Shown here one piece after another: positions 11,774 to 30,577 of a DNA stretch of 64,000 nt. The notes beneath the pieces are model-generated. The model saw nothing but the letters and a program-made list of their open reading frames with translations, did no database searches and was not told the origin of the DNA. Position 1 is the stretch's first letter. Every line of letters begins with the position of its first letter. Origin of the DNA: Yuukianura sp. NJ FZ-2021 (taxonomy: Eukaryota); assembly GCA_046563655.1 (NCBI GenBank), contig CM102285.1, forward strand, positions 12,214,001 through 12,278,000. The letters run 5' to 3'. Made by a program: the position numbers and the translations under genes.

Positions 11774-13281
11774 TTATGCTCCCTGTTTTTGAGCAGCTTC
11801 CTTGACCTTGGCTCGTTCAATCTTGGCAATTCTTGCTGCCGATTTGGATCCGAGCACACCACCACCCCAGTGTCGTCGGAGTTCATCGTGACGATCATTG
11901 AAGTTGGTCTTGATGGCTTCAAGGAGTTTGGAGAATTGATTCCGATCACCACTTTCGACCTGAGAACAAGAAATCAGAGTTTATCTTCACTATTCGATAC
12001 TAAACACAAATCGATTGAATCTAAATTTTGTTCTCAGATGGTAGTGCATGTTTGTATAATCAGACAGAGCTCATAAAATGTGGTAAGAAGTTGACATCAT
12101 GGAAGTCAATAAGCTAATGACATGGCGGTTACGAATCTTACCGAGGTGAGGGCCACGCAAGTGCAAGTCTTGCGATTTACTAATCTTCCAAGACGAGCCT
12201 TTCCTTTGATGATACAGTATGGAACTCCCATCTTCCTGCACAGGGTTGGCAAGAACAGCACCAACTGAAAAATAGTAAAAAGTATAGTTTATACTTTCGT
12301 GAGTAAAGTTTTAGAGTAATTTGAATAAGGAAATAGGATACTCAGGGTTAAAAAGCTCGAATTTTAATCCACATGATGAATTCAGGTGAAGAAATTCAAA
12401 AACATCACTGATTCAATGGAAACCTTTCGTAAATCAAGTAGATCACTCACCTCAAGTGGCTCAACATCATGCGAAATTACAACGAGCTGGGCTTTCTTCT
12501 GCTCGATGGCTCGTGTAACGCTATTGGCTCCTTGTTTCAATGCTACCAATCGCTTGCTTGGTGCTGGAGCAGCATCTCCTCCCTTCACCTTGCCTTCAGC
12601 CTTTGAGCGGAGTCGGGCCTTCTTTGCTGCTCTGGTTTCTGGCTTGTACTTATCCAATAACCGGAAGAGCGACTTGGCTGTAACAATTAAAACGAAATAT
12701 TAGCACAAATCTAGTGTCGAATTTTTTATACGATTCTCACTGTCACTGTCACTACCCTCTGACTAACGTCTTTTACTACGCTTCCGCAGTAATTTCAGAT
12801 GGATAAACATGCCTTACCTCGGCCGAGCACCGTCATTGTACCATTAGAGAAAGGTCATCAGATTTTACGCTTCACGGTAAAACCGATTTCCGATCTCCCG
12901 GTACTACATAGTGCAAATGAAAGGCTTTGTACCTGTTGCCCGGTCCACAGTATGGCGGAACTGGTTGATTGGTGGTGGAACCTTGAGTCTCTCCTGAAGA
13001 ACTCTCTGTTGACGTTGGACACGGATGTATCTTGGCCATTTTACAAATCTGCTGAGGTCACGGGTGGGTTGAATATCTTGTCCAATTCCAAAGTTTCGGC
13101 TTCGCTTCTCGAACAATGGGTTTTGCTTCTTCTTGGCCTCGGTTTTCTTGATAGCCAGTGTTGGTGGGGCTGCTACTTTCTTACCAACTCCCTTCTTCTT
13201 ACCCTGTAAAAATACGCAACAATGAATAACAATCTCAATATTACGGAAAGTAACGAGCTTCCTTACCTTTTTCTGAACCAT
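11774..13281 (-). CDS. RpL7A: 60S ribosomal protein L7a (eL8)
   Basis: [63 protein letters not shown]; five coding exons with GT-AG boundaries; AATAAA at 11729-11724. Confidence 0.97.
12031..12104 (-). ncRNA. SNORD33: Box C/D snoRNA U33 (SNORD33/snR55-like) in RpL7A intron
   Basis: Box C ATGATGT, box D CTGA, guide ACATGCACTACCAT-CTGA as recalled for vertebrate U33; complementary to 18S UGGUGGUGCAUG; short ttc/gaa terminal stem. Confidence 0.85.
12340..12411 (-). ncRNA. SNORD36: Box C/D snoRNA U36 (SNORD36/snR47-like), dual guide, in RpL7A intron
   Basis: Box C GTGATGT; D' guide TTGAATTTCTTCAC-CTGA (complementary to 28S GUGAAGAAAUUCAA); D guide GAGCTTTTTAACC-CTGA (complementary to 18S GUUAAAAAGCUC). 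Confidence 0.9.
12789..12868 (-). ncRNA. Candidate box C/D snoRNA (family unassigned) in RpL7A intron
   Basis: TGATGA (12860-12855) and CTGA (12798-12795) about 60 nt apart, internal ATGA, GTAA/TTAC flanking stem, in an enlarged intron of a snoRNA host gene. Confidence 0.55.
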
Positions 13282-13348
13282 TTTTGTGATTTCTAATTAC
13301 CGGATGGATGAAACGAAGAATCAACTGTCTTCACACTGTGTCCAGTAC

Positions 13349-13365
13349 CTTATGCCGAAAAGAAT
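13349..13365 (-). promoter_or_regulatory. TCT/5'TOP start and non-coding first exon of RpL7A
   Basis: attCTTTTCGGCATAAG|gtac: pyrimidine start at ~13362, donor at 13348, 56-nt intron to an acceptor just before the ATG. Confidence 0.7.
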
Positions 13366-13922
13366 GGACTAAAATCTCCCAGATGAAGATGTGCAGATCT
13401 TTGCATGCCTCCTCCACTGTATCATGGCCGCCGGTGCGCGAGGGGTCCAAAAGCATGCTTTTTTCGAAGGGGGTGGAATAGGGGAGGGAAGGGTGAGGAT
13501 TTCTACTATCCGCACCCAATGCCGCACCAACGTGTTGCACAAGCAAAATGTTTGTGTGCGTGAGATAGATAGTGACTTTACATTACTGCGCACATACAAA
13601 ACAAACAATGCAGAAATAACGGAGTAAACGCAATACTGAAACTTAATTACATTAATTTAACTCTATTTTAATTAATTTAACGTAAAATTAAATTCAAAGG
13701 ATGTTTATAGTATCCACTCCAATTAAATTCTGTTTCACACAACAGTGATGAGCACTAGATTGTACATGAGTGAATTCTGCAGAGTAGCTTCCATTCGACG
13801 AGAGGTGGCGCTTAAGTTTTAAGGAAAAAACAGCAACGACGCCTGCATAAAAATGAAATCCAGTATCCAATTTAATTTTAATGTTAATTAATTGTAAGGT
13901 TAAGCAATTGTGTTACAATTAA

Positions 13923-14977
13923 TTAGGTTTTCCTTTTGAAAGGCTCGTGTAATGCGTCGTGTAGTTTCTTGGCCTTGTGGGGTCCAAATCCAGGGCATAG
14001 AGCTAACTTGTGAACATTGGCTTTCACAATTTCTTCCAAGGAGCCAAAGTTTTGAAGAAGAATCATCGCATCAGTTTTGTTGACGGCACGGATTGACGTG
14101 AGAGCATCAATAACCTAGTAAAAAGTGCCAATTTAGAAGTTATAGAGCGCTTGATTTCATCAGTATTAGGCTAAATGAAGATGTGACAACTGACTTGTTG
14201 CAGTGCATTCGGATCTTGTTTTTCTTGAATGAAGTCCGGCGGTTTGTTTTCGTAAATCTTGTAATTTTCTAGGATTCTTCCGCCTTCTTCTGCCGAATTC
14301 GCTGGAATAATCGTCAGATCAGCCAGCATCCCAATGTGAGTCAAGCTCTTCAAGATTGGAAATGGATCGGTGACATCAATCTGCACATTGTTCATTAAAG
14401 CAGTGGTTTAAATTAAATTCAACATACTGCAGAATATTCTGTGACAGTTGACAAACCTGAACTAGAAGAACTCTCAGATTGTAAGAATGCTTGATCTCCT
14501 TCAATCGCTCATGGATGTAGTCAGGATGAAGGTTATGGTAACGAATGCTCAGGAAAAGGGCGCAAATACTTTGACCCATGACATAGTCCGGAACGATCTC
14601 AGCATATTCCCACGGAACATTCCGGATGAATTTCAAAACTGGATTCCCTCTCTAGAAATTGTTAAGGGTAAAACTTAAGTTTAAGTCAAGTTGGCCAATT
14701 CTTTTTAAACTCGAATTTGGATAACTGTTTTGCTTAAAACCTGTCGAGGGTTGACGAGAATTGCATTCTTTGACGTTGGTCCTCGAATGACAATCGGAGT
14801 TTCAGATGCTGAAGTTGAAGCAGTAGATGCAAGGGACTCTTGACTTGACACTGAAGGGTCACTGGCACTACTGCTCACGTTTCTCCCGGAATCAGAAACA
14901 GTTGAACTAGAAATGCTAGCCTGAATTTCGGTGTCATCCACTTCAAGTAGCATTTGGTCAAAGGAATCATCGTCCAT
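13923..14977 (-). CDS. ERCC1: DNA excision repair protein ERCC1
   Basis: [49 protein letters not shown]-terminal HhH2 ([12 protein letters not shown]...[12 protein letters not shown]); four exons. Confidence 0.96.
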
Positions 14978-15297
14978 GATAATGAGCTAAACACATCAAA
15001 AGATAATAAAAACAATTATTATTACAAAATTAATTTAATTTTTAAACATTTATGTTAGCTTAAAAATTAGATTTAAGTTTGAGGTTTTTGGAAATTCAAA
15101 AAACTCATTCTCATAAGAGTGTATCAAACGCAATAGCTCAGCGTCTTGAAAATTCAAAAGCGGGAAGCGATTCAAAAAGAAACTCTTTTTTTCAAAAAAA
15201 AAAAAAAAACATTAGCAAAAAAAAGTGGACCGAAAAATGTGTTTTCAGTTTTTTTCCCAGAGTAAAAAGCACTGAAGACTGAGTACTTACTGAAATT

Positions 15298-15880
15298 ATG
15301 GCAAGTGAGCAGATGCAAAAGATTGACCCGGTCAAGGACAAGGTAAACCTCAGTGAAGCCCAGATCAACTACATGCGATTAGCACAACAACAAAATCAAG
15401 GTAAAATTGAAATAAAACTTTTGAACAAAGCACTTCTTATTTCTGCGTTTTTGCTGCGCAAAAGTTTACAAAAATTCTATTCGCGCCGGAAATTCACGAC
15501 GGCTTTTCATGCAATGCCAGTCTCTTCTGAAGACGAAACGATTAATCGAATCTGAAATTCCAAAGCAAATGTCTTGCCACTCAGTCAAAATTAAAGAATA
15601 CATACAGCAGCAGTATGTACACCAGCAGTACGTAGCTGACCAGCATCAAAACAGACACCGCGCGCTAGCGTACTGAAATGTAAATGGCGTATACACACTT
15701 TTCTTTTAATTCTTTTCAGATCGAGTGAACCGTTTGCGATCCCTACGCCGATCAAATTACCGTGTTGCAGGACTGCTGGGAGTATCGGTTTGCGGAATAT
15801 TTGCGTACTCGCTGTGGGCAGTTGGATCAGAAAAACTTTGGGACGAGTTTGATAATATCAAGACTGGAGGAAAGAAATAA
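15298..15880 (+). CDS. COA3: Cytochrome c oxidase assembly factor 3 (CCDC56)
   Basis: Two exons (15298-15400, 15720-15880) give MASEQMQKID...QQQNQDRVNRLRSLRRSN-TM(GLLGVSVCGIFAYSLWAV)-GSEKLWDEFD, the COA3 pattern. Confidence 0.85.
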
Positions 15881-15970
15881 TTCGTAACATCGAGCACACT
15901 ATAATAAGTTCTAAGTTACTTAATTTTATTTCGTAGCATTGTTAGTTTAGTTTCCTCAGAATTAGCGTAG

Positions 15971-17355
<1,385 letters not shown>

Positions 17356-20300
17356 GTAAAACTTTGGTAATCATTACACTTTAAACTATCAAATTAAATT
17401 ATTAGGTTCAAAATAGTTCATCGTCCATCGTTTTATCTAAATTTTTCTTGGACTTTGATTTCAATTCATTTTGGAAAGCTATGCATTAGCTTTTTTACTT
17501 CCAGCATTTCCAGACAGTTGTTTTGATTCAGAATTGAATACTGCCAATTTATGATGTTTTTCTTTTGACGCATTGTTTTGCACAAGTACGACTAATTGAA
17601 ATATTTCTAAATTAACACTTTAGGATTTTTCCATAGTAATGAAACTGTCGTCGGCATTTTGGACCTGAGACAATGGTACAGTTAAAAATATTTCTGTGTC
17701 AAGTTTATGACCAATTCATGCTCGACATCACGTAAGTCACTACGTAATTTCGTTAATTGAAAAATAAAAACACTCCGCCGTTAGTATTTTTAAACCAGAA
17801 GCACTTTGATTCCTAGCCTTTTCCGTTCCTCAGAATTCAAAGTTCATCGTTTCTCTTTTTTAAGAAAATCAGTTTTAACTTAAAACGTGTCAAATTAAAA
17901 GTGATTAATTCTCAGTTTATATCGCAGGTTATCAAAAGTTATCGTTGCTGTTGAAAAGCCAATCACGTGGAAATGGAAACACAACTACTGCAGAAGCAGT
18001 CTAGGACTCCCCTCGTGCCAGGTCAAGAGGTCAACCAATCTCGTTAAAAAGTCCTTATTTACAAGGCTTGTCGTGAACCAAGTCTCTTCTACTATCTCTT
18101 GTGCACCGGAATTATATTGATGTAACAACTTAACTTGGACATTCGTTGACACGCTGAATGAGATAAACTTTGAAATACTTTTGTCCAAGTTAAAATGTGG
18201 GGTAGTTGGACCTTGGAGTGAAGCATCTTCGAAGTTCAACGTTCCTGATGCCACTGCATTGGAAGAGTGTAATCGCTGGAAAGATCATTCAGTTGGGTTT
18301 TAGAAATTAAAGTGAGGAAACAGGAGAAAGTGCTCTGGAGAGAAAGTAAACAACTTTCTTCCAGATCACCACTACATACTTTGCTAAAAGATAAATTGCA
18401 GTTCACGAACTTTTCTGCAGCAAAACACAACTTTACAATGGAAAAAACCAATGAGGTTAGTAATGTTTAACGCTAAAAATTACTTTTACTATACTTTTCA
18501 CTAACAATTCAAAAGCGAAAAACCAATTGCCCGTATTTTTTTTTCACATTTTTTTTGGAGTGTATTCAAAGATTGATTTCTTTACAACAAAAAATATAAA
18601 AATGAAAAACATGTAAAACTTTTCACTTTCTCCAAATTGACATTTGCCTATTAGGTTTGCATATCATAATTTAGAAAAATAAAATAACAGGAGAGAGAGA
18701 ATTTTCAGACTTGAACATTCAGGTGAAAGTTCAAGTCGTGCAAGGTTCATAATTGACTTGAAAAACTTTTTTCTGCAACAAAAAAAAATTCAGTTGGTTT
18801 AACTTTTCCAACGAATTCTGTTTTGTTTTTGACAAATTGAACAAAACTGAAACTGAAATTTATTTTTGGCAAAAGTCCTCACTATTCCAGTATTCCAGGC
18901 TTGTTTTTTATGGAAGTTAGAAAAAAGCGAAAGCCGCTATACTGGCGCCAGGAAGTCGCCCAATAACTTTCTCCAAGTCATGTCGTTGCTGGCTTCGCTT
19001 CCTTTCTCGTAGCCCAAACCAGCAAAAAATGGAAAACGGTTTTCACAGGGCATGTTTTCTGCAAAACGAGTTAAGCCTCAAGCGCTAATGTTCAGTTTTT
19101 TTTTTGCAAACTGAGCCATAGAGAGGTTCTCCATCTTTGTTCCAAATGCAGAACATGGAACGATGATTTTTTAAACCTTGTTTTCTAAAAATAGTCACAC
19201 CCATATGCAAGCAAATAAAAAACTTCTCAGGAACTCTATCCCTGCTCCGTCACTCTGTTAAGTCTCGCTTCGAAACGCAGGATTCTGTTTTGAAAAGTGA
19301 GGCTTTTCAAACCGATATTTTTAGAAACCCGTGTTCCATGTTCTCACAAACTGAAATCTTACGAGGATCTTTGAATCCTCTGCTTTCAAAAAAGGATTGA
19401 TGAGAAAGTGAGCTTTTAGAACTTTATGAGTGAATTGCTAGGCAGCCATGATCTGTCTCCACGTGCCTTTTGTCCGTGCAGCCTCTTTTGCTTCTCCGTT
19501 TTTACTTTCATTTTAAGGTGAAACGCTCCGCTTTTAGACGTGAAACCTCTCAGCATCTTCGTTATTTAAAGTGGAAATGCTTTTCCCACTTTCCCTTTTA
19601 ACGATTTCATCTACAAGCGCTCCAAATTGAAAGTGAAAACTTTTAAGTCTTTACCTAAACGATGCTTTCCAAAATTGAGACTTTTCGGGTACTTAGAAAA
19701 GCACAAGATGAGTCCAATTTCTGAAAGAAATGAAAGCAATAATAGTTAGACTCAAAAACATGGAAATCTTCGGTTTTTTAAAACTTTTTGCACAAGTTGT
19801 GCACAAAGGGCTTTAGATTTTCCATCTTACTACCCAGATTTGTGATGAAACTTGAAAGTAAATTGAAATGAGAGTAGTCTGGGTCGTGGGAAGGAAATGA
19901 GGTGAGGATTTCTGTTCGTGTCTTCCTCTGGGACTTTGACTTTCAGTCTTGTCCTGATCTTGTACCAGAAAACATAAGCTTTCAATCTTACAATCTGAGC
20001 GTCATCGTTGGATTTATAGGTTGACTAGATCTAGTAAGGGGAAAGTACAATTGATTTCCTGGCAGGCATAGAGTGTCCCTAGTGACGACTTTCCAAATTG
20101 GGTTTTAGTGACAAGGAAATGACAAAACAAGGCAAACTTTCTCCTGTGTCCCTGCTTTCACCAAAGACTTTTTGTGTTGAAATGGAACTGGTGAAACCTA
20201 ACCTAACTTCTATTGTGTCATTTCAATTGAAGTAGTCTGCCTAATCATTTAGTCAAATTCAAGACCTAATGTAAATTGGGATGTGATGCGCAAGTATATA

Positions 20301-20633
20301 ATTTGTGCAAGTTTCACCTTCATCTTCAATTCAGCTCATTCTCGGCAGCTAGGAGCGCTTGAAACGCTGTTTGATGTGAAGTGAACGCTTAAAGCAAAGT
20401 TATAAGGACACTTCACGGTCCTTTCCAAACCGTACTTGTTAGTTTTTGTGTTGCAGATTTGGTTTCAAAAATTTCAAACAAAATTGGTTTGAAAACAATA
20501 GAAGTTGTATAAATTGGAAAATTACATAGTACATGGGACCATAATTTGTCTTTTGTTGTTGGAAAAGTTACTTGTGCAAGTTGTAGTCTGCAACTAACGT
20601 GTATACTGTGTAAGATTGTTTAACAACAACAAT

Positions 20634-23478
20634 ATGGGTGACAAAAACAATTCAAATTCGACAGCATCTGAAAAACTTTTACCCTCTCAGCTACCAAATG
20701 ATGTAAGAAAATCAAGATTAATTGGAATGTCATCGTAACTTTAATCTAGATTTAGGTTGACTACCTGTAGCAATTCACGATGCTGTTAATTTCTGGGACT
20801 ATGTACTTTCATTGCAGACAGATTTTTGAAAAAAGCAAATCTTTTTTAAGATTTAGAACTGTTTTAAATTTTACATAGGGTACGGGACCTAGTACGAGTC
20901 AAGGAATTCGGCTGAAGAAGCAACTGGGATTGCTCGATGGAGCAGGAATTATTTGGGGGATGATCATGGGTAAGTGCAAAATTGTAGGCAGGTTTTCCTT
21001 TACCAAGAAAGTGGTCTCTAGACTACAATTAAACGCACTGTTGGAATAAATTTTGAATTTAACTTACTTTGAATTGATTTTGATTGTAGTTTTTGAATGG
21101 TTTTGCAGGAGCCGGTATTTTTATTTCTCCTCGGGGAGTTCTTGATCATGCTGGTTCAACAGGTGAGTTTCTCTTCTTACGCGTTTGGATAACACTAAAA
21201 CGCATACCAAGATTACTTCACAAACATTTCAATTCAAATGAAACCAAATTGAAATTCAAGTCAATTCTTTTGTGTTTTTACCGTTTAGGAATGGCTTTAA
21301 TTATATGGATACTGTCCGGAGCAATGTCCTTAATAGGAGCTCTTTGCTATGCCGAATTAGGTAAAGAAAGCAATATCTTCCTCAAGTGGGTTTCTCCAAT
21401 GAAACTCCAACTTTCACTTTCTCCTCTACAGGTTGCCTTCTTCCGCGTTCTGGAGGGGACTATATCTGTAAGAATCAAAATTTCGAAAAAATTAGGAAAA
21501 CAAGTTTAAAATTTGAAAAATTATTTTGGAATTGGAGATATGATGGAAGCGTTAGGTCCACTTCCAGCATTTCTGTTCCTGTGGGTAGCCTTACTTATAA
21601 TTATCCCAACGGGAAATGCTGTTCTTGGTCTCACTTTCTCCTACTACATGCTACAACCTTGGTGGCCGGATTGTGATCCACCCGAATGGGCCATTCGACT
21701 CCTAAGTGCTTGTGTAATCTGTAAGTTAAACAATTTCATAAACTTGTGCAAATTTCTAAATTTTCTAAATTTAATTGTTAATTGAAAATCAATTTTTCAG
21801 CGATGCTAACAGCTATTAATTGCTACAATGTCAAATGGACAGCCAAGCTAAATGATTGGTCAGTAAACGCTTTGAACCTTCTGATTGGCTGAAACGAAAT
21901 TAATTTTTCAGTTTATCTTGTTTTTCTAAACCTAGGTTTGCTGTAACCAAGTTAATTGCTGTTTTTGTAATTGTGATTGCTGGATTAGTGGTGTTCTGTC
22001 GAGGAGAAATTGACAATTTTAGTGGAAATCCATTTGAGGGAACAAAGACGAATGTAGGGGAACTTGCACTTTCACTGTACAGTGGACTCTTCAGCTACGC
22101 TGGATGGTAATGAAAATGATTTCTAAACCACAAAACTTTCTCCCTAAGAGAAAGCTTGTATCAATCAATTTACAAAATTACTAATAAATCCAAAGTAATT
22201 GAACTTTTTGATTTACAGGAATTTCCTTAACTTTGTGACAGAGGAGCTACAGGATCCCTATATGTAAGTAGATACATAAAAGTTAATTGTATTAACTAAT
22301 TCAATTAAATTGTTATGATTAATTCAGAAACTTACCTCGCGCCATTTGGATTTCACTGCCACTGGTGGCTCTCGTCTATTTCTTGGCCAATCTCGCCTAT
22401 TTTGTAGTCCTCAGCAAAAACGAAATTTTGATGTCCAATGCTGTCGCTGTGGTAAGCGATTAACAAGAGTATTGAATCCAAGTGTCAATTAACGTCAAAT
22501 TAGCCACCCAAAGTCAATTAACAATAGTTGATTCAATTTGTATTTCGTAGACATTCGGCGACAAGGTGCTCGGAGTCATGTCCTGGATTATGCCAATATT
22601 CGTTGCCTGGTAACAAAAATTGAGCATCAGCCATAAGTTGGCATATGTCAAATCAGTTTGTTGTCCTGCTGAGCTCTGGATTCTAGACTCTAGAACTTTG
22701 TCCCGTGTGTAATCAATGGATCTGTAATTTTATAATTGAAGATGTTTGTTCCAGTTCCATGTTTGGCGCTTTGAATTCAGCGATTTTTGCTCCGTCGAGG
22801 TTACCCCTGGCTGGGGCGAGGAATGGACAACTGCCGAAAGCTTTGGCCTTCCTCAACGTGGATACATACACGCCCATTCCCGCCTTGACCTTCCTCGTAA
22901 GTGACCTTGATGACCTTGAAGTAACAAAATGTAGTGAATTTTGGTTATGTTACAGGCAATTCTGTCCATAGCCATGCTGGCAGTCAAAGATGTTTATGTT
23001 CTGATTACTTACTTGTCCTACGTGGAGGCTATTGGCTGGGGGTCATGCGTCCTTGGCCTGTTGATTCTTCGCTGGAAACAACCCAAGGCCGAACGGCCAA
23101 TCAAGGTCAATTTGGCTCTTCCAATTATTTTTCTCATCACTTGTGTCTCCCTCATCGCTGCCAGTATATTTCTTAATCCCGCAAGAGAAATTATAGCTGC
23201 AACTTGCATCGTGGCATCCGGAGTTCCAGTGTACTTCATTTTCATTTATCCAAAGCAGAAGCCAGCGTGGTTTTACAGAATCGCGAGTAAGAACTACACC
23301 AAAGCTGCAATTCAGTTTCAAATGACCAAATGATAATATTTTGAATTGATTGGTAGATGCAATCGATTGGTATACTGCAATGATCTTTAACGGTGTGATG
23401 GTTCTGGAGGGCGACGAAGCTCCTGCTGCTGCTGTTGCTCCAGTTCCTGAAGCAAACTCAAATGGACTCAAGAAGTAA
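20634..23478 (+). CDS. SLC7 L-type/y+L amino acid transporter light chain
   Basis: [76 protein letters not shown]; many short introns. Confidence 0.92.
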
Positions 23479-23661
23479 ATTAAATATTTAGTTAGGACGT
23501 ACCATAACAAATAGTATCAGAAATTTTGTATTTACGTACACTGTGACAATACTAGAAGTATAATAATTTACAACAATTCATGTTGAGATTAAGAATTAAA
23601 TCAGATTAAGAATTTACATATTATAAGAATTAAATAATATTACCAACGAAAATTGAATTAT

Positions 23662-24933
23662 TTAGCGCCCTGGTTTAGGACCGATACCCAGCAGTTGCTT
23701 CTGTAATTTGTCTCTCTTCCTGACCTGAGTCAATCCACGGTTCTCCCACGTCGACTTCCGCAACTTTATTGGACGACTTCCGACGTATCGACCTGAAAAT
23801 TCAAAACAAACTCAATGCAAACCGGAATAGTGACAGAATAGTTAAATATTTTTATATCTAAGTACATGTAAAAATTACCATCAAGTTCTCTGATAGCTCT
23901 GACAAAATCGGCAGGATCCTTGAACGATACAAATCCATAGCCTTTCGTTTTGTTCGAGCGTTTATCCCGTACAACTCTGGCTTTGACGAAAGAAGGATAG
24001 CGTCCAAACACACGCGTCAAGACTTCATCAGTCACGTCGTTTCCTAAGTCGCCACAGAACAGACGGAAGTCCTCTGCAAAAAACAAAATTCTAAATACCC
24101 ACATTATTTTGAACCAATGGATTCCTATCTACTTTTAATCAGTTTTGCTTACTCGGATCCCAGTCCAAAAGAGTCGGATCTTCCCAAATTGATCCTCCTG
24201 CACTTCGAAGATGTTTCTTAGGTTTCTTCTCAACTCCATCTTGTTTCTTCTTCTTCTTTTTGGTGGTTGAACTACTGCTGGGTCCAGGAGTAGCGTCTTG
24301 TGCATGTGAAGAAGGCTTCTCCGGTTCAGAAGCCACTGGCGTAGAGCCCGGCAACGGTAGCGTTGAAGAACTAGCAGCAGAAGAACCCGCTTGGTCAGCA
24401 AAGTTTGGTGGAGGTGGCGGAATTCCATTAGGGAAGCGTAGGCCGAATTCGAGCGTAGAAGTTGCAGGACGCACAACGCTATGCCCAGTAGCTGGTGTGA
24501 TTGGAGGTGAGCCGGAAATTAGACCAGGACGTATGAGTCTTTGATTTATTTGAGTTGGACGTAAAGACGTAGACGTCGTGGTCGTAGCTGATGGTCTAGC
24601 GTACAACTGAGGTCCGCCACTGTAAACACAACAACCAAGAGCAACGACCATTAGCTTTAATATTAATATTGTTGGCGTTGGTTTGCAATGTTCCATTGTC
24701 AGACTTTGGTTAAGCAGCATAACTTACGCTTACCTAATTACAACCGGCGTCAACTTGGGTCGCGCGACAGCGGGTACTGATGGCTTCCTCAGAGACGCTG
24801 GAATAAACGACGGCACTGGAGCAGCCGAAATCGTTGGCGCTGACGAACTTGCGACTGCCGGTTTTCCCAACGATGAAATTTCGGCCTCAAAGCGATCCAT
24901 TTCGGACTCCATTGCTTGCCAAGATTCGCCCAT
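23662..24933 (-). CDS. RBM42: RNA-binding protein 42 (tri-snRNP RRM protein)
   Basis: MESEMDRFEAEI, RSAGGSIWEDPTLLDWD, DFRLFCGDLGNDVTDE, KTKGYGFVSF, RYVGSRPIKLRKSTW. Confidence 0.93.
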
Positions 24934-25984
24934 TTTGAAATTAGTTAAAACAAACGTGACGTATGTTTTTGCAAATCTTGACCTTCAATTAATTTAACTT
25001 GTTGATCTAGGAATGTAAGTATCTAGCTTTTTAGCATACAAAAAGCACTTTTTTTTCAAAGAAAGAACAAATTCGAATTCGAATTTTCGAAATTCAAAAT
25101 TTGAATTTGACAAAAAAAAAATAGAAATTCACATTTGAAATTGGCGCCATACACCAAAATCCGTTACTGTACGAATAGCATTGCTAAGATATACTGTTAC
25201 ACAGAGCCCCGCCCCTTTGTGCCATTTCGCGTGAAAAAAAAAACGAAAATTTAACAAATACCTATATCTCTATGTAGTACTAGTACTGTTGTTCTTACTA
25301 TAGGTACTCTCCTCTCAAACAATCCTCATTTCGTTTACACATATCCTGCTCTTCTTTTGAGAAAGTTTAGTGTTGAATTCTATCGGGCGAGAAGTTATCT
25401 AATTAGAAGCACAATTAACTTAAATTTAACGTTAGCCAAGTTAAAACAGAGTTAGAAACACCTAGATCAAGGCAGTAGTTAATTAGGTTTACGTTTAACC
25501 TTTCTGATTGTAAAATCGGAACTCCTTTCGGAAACTCGCGAAGCTCATTTAATTGAGATAAAAATCTCAATTAACTCAGTTTTTTACGCTGATTTCGAAT
25601 CTGTAATTAGTTTTGGCCGCTCGTTACCCTAACTTAACCTAACCTAACTTTAACTAAAATGTGCCCCCATGTATGAGATAGGGAGAAGTGAGATGCCCAG
25701 AGCTGTTACTCTGAGAGAAAGTGAAATTCCCTATCTCTCCCATAGAACCTTCGCGAGTTTGCAGAAGATATACCGTAAAATCTACGTTTTGCCTTTCGTG
25801 TTCGTCCATTCTTGTCTACACTCCGTTCCAGCTGATGTTCAGTTGATTTTGACGTGTACTGTTTGGTTTGCCATTGAAGGTTAGTTCACAGAAACAGCTG
25901 GTAGTTTGTATATCGTTTCAGTCGTGCGATCTAACTGTGTTTTATAACCAGATACTACTGAGAACACGTGAATCCAGGATCGAG

Positions 25985-30276
<4,292 letters not shown>

Positions 30277-30577
30277 AGGTAACATGATTTCAATTTTGTT
30301 GTGAATAATTTACGAAGCTTTCAGCTTCTTTCTCTGGGTGAAGCAATGCATGTCCTAGAGCTTCAGTCGATTTTGATTTTGAAAAACCTTAGCGTACTTT
30401 ATGAATTTAGTTTCAGGCTTATGAATTACGAGCAGTCAACATCTTCGTCAAGGATTCCATTTTAACTGTAAATCGAATAGTTTAGACTTGAGTTTTTAAT
30501 TATAAATACGATTGTTAATGTACGCATTTGAGAGAATGAAATAATATCGAATCTTTTAGATTTTAAAATGTTTCAGA

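Noticed and set aside
17985..18451. Short ORFs upstream of the SLC7 gene
   Set aside because: No recognisable motifs or coherent exon chain; probably regulatory or UTR sequence.
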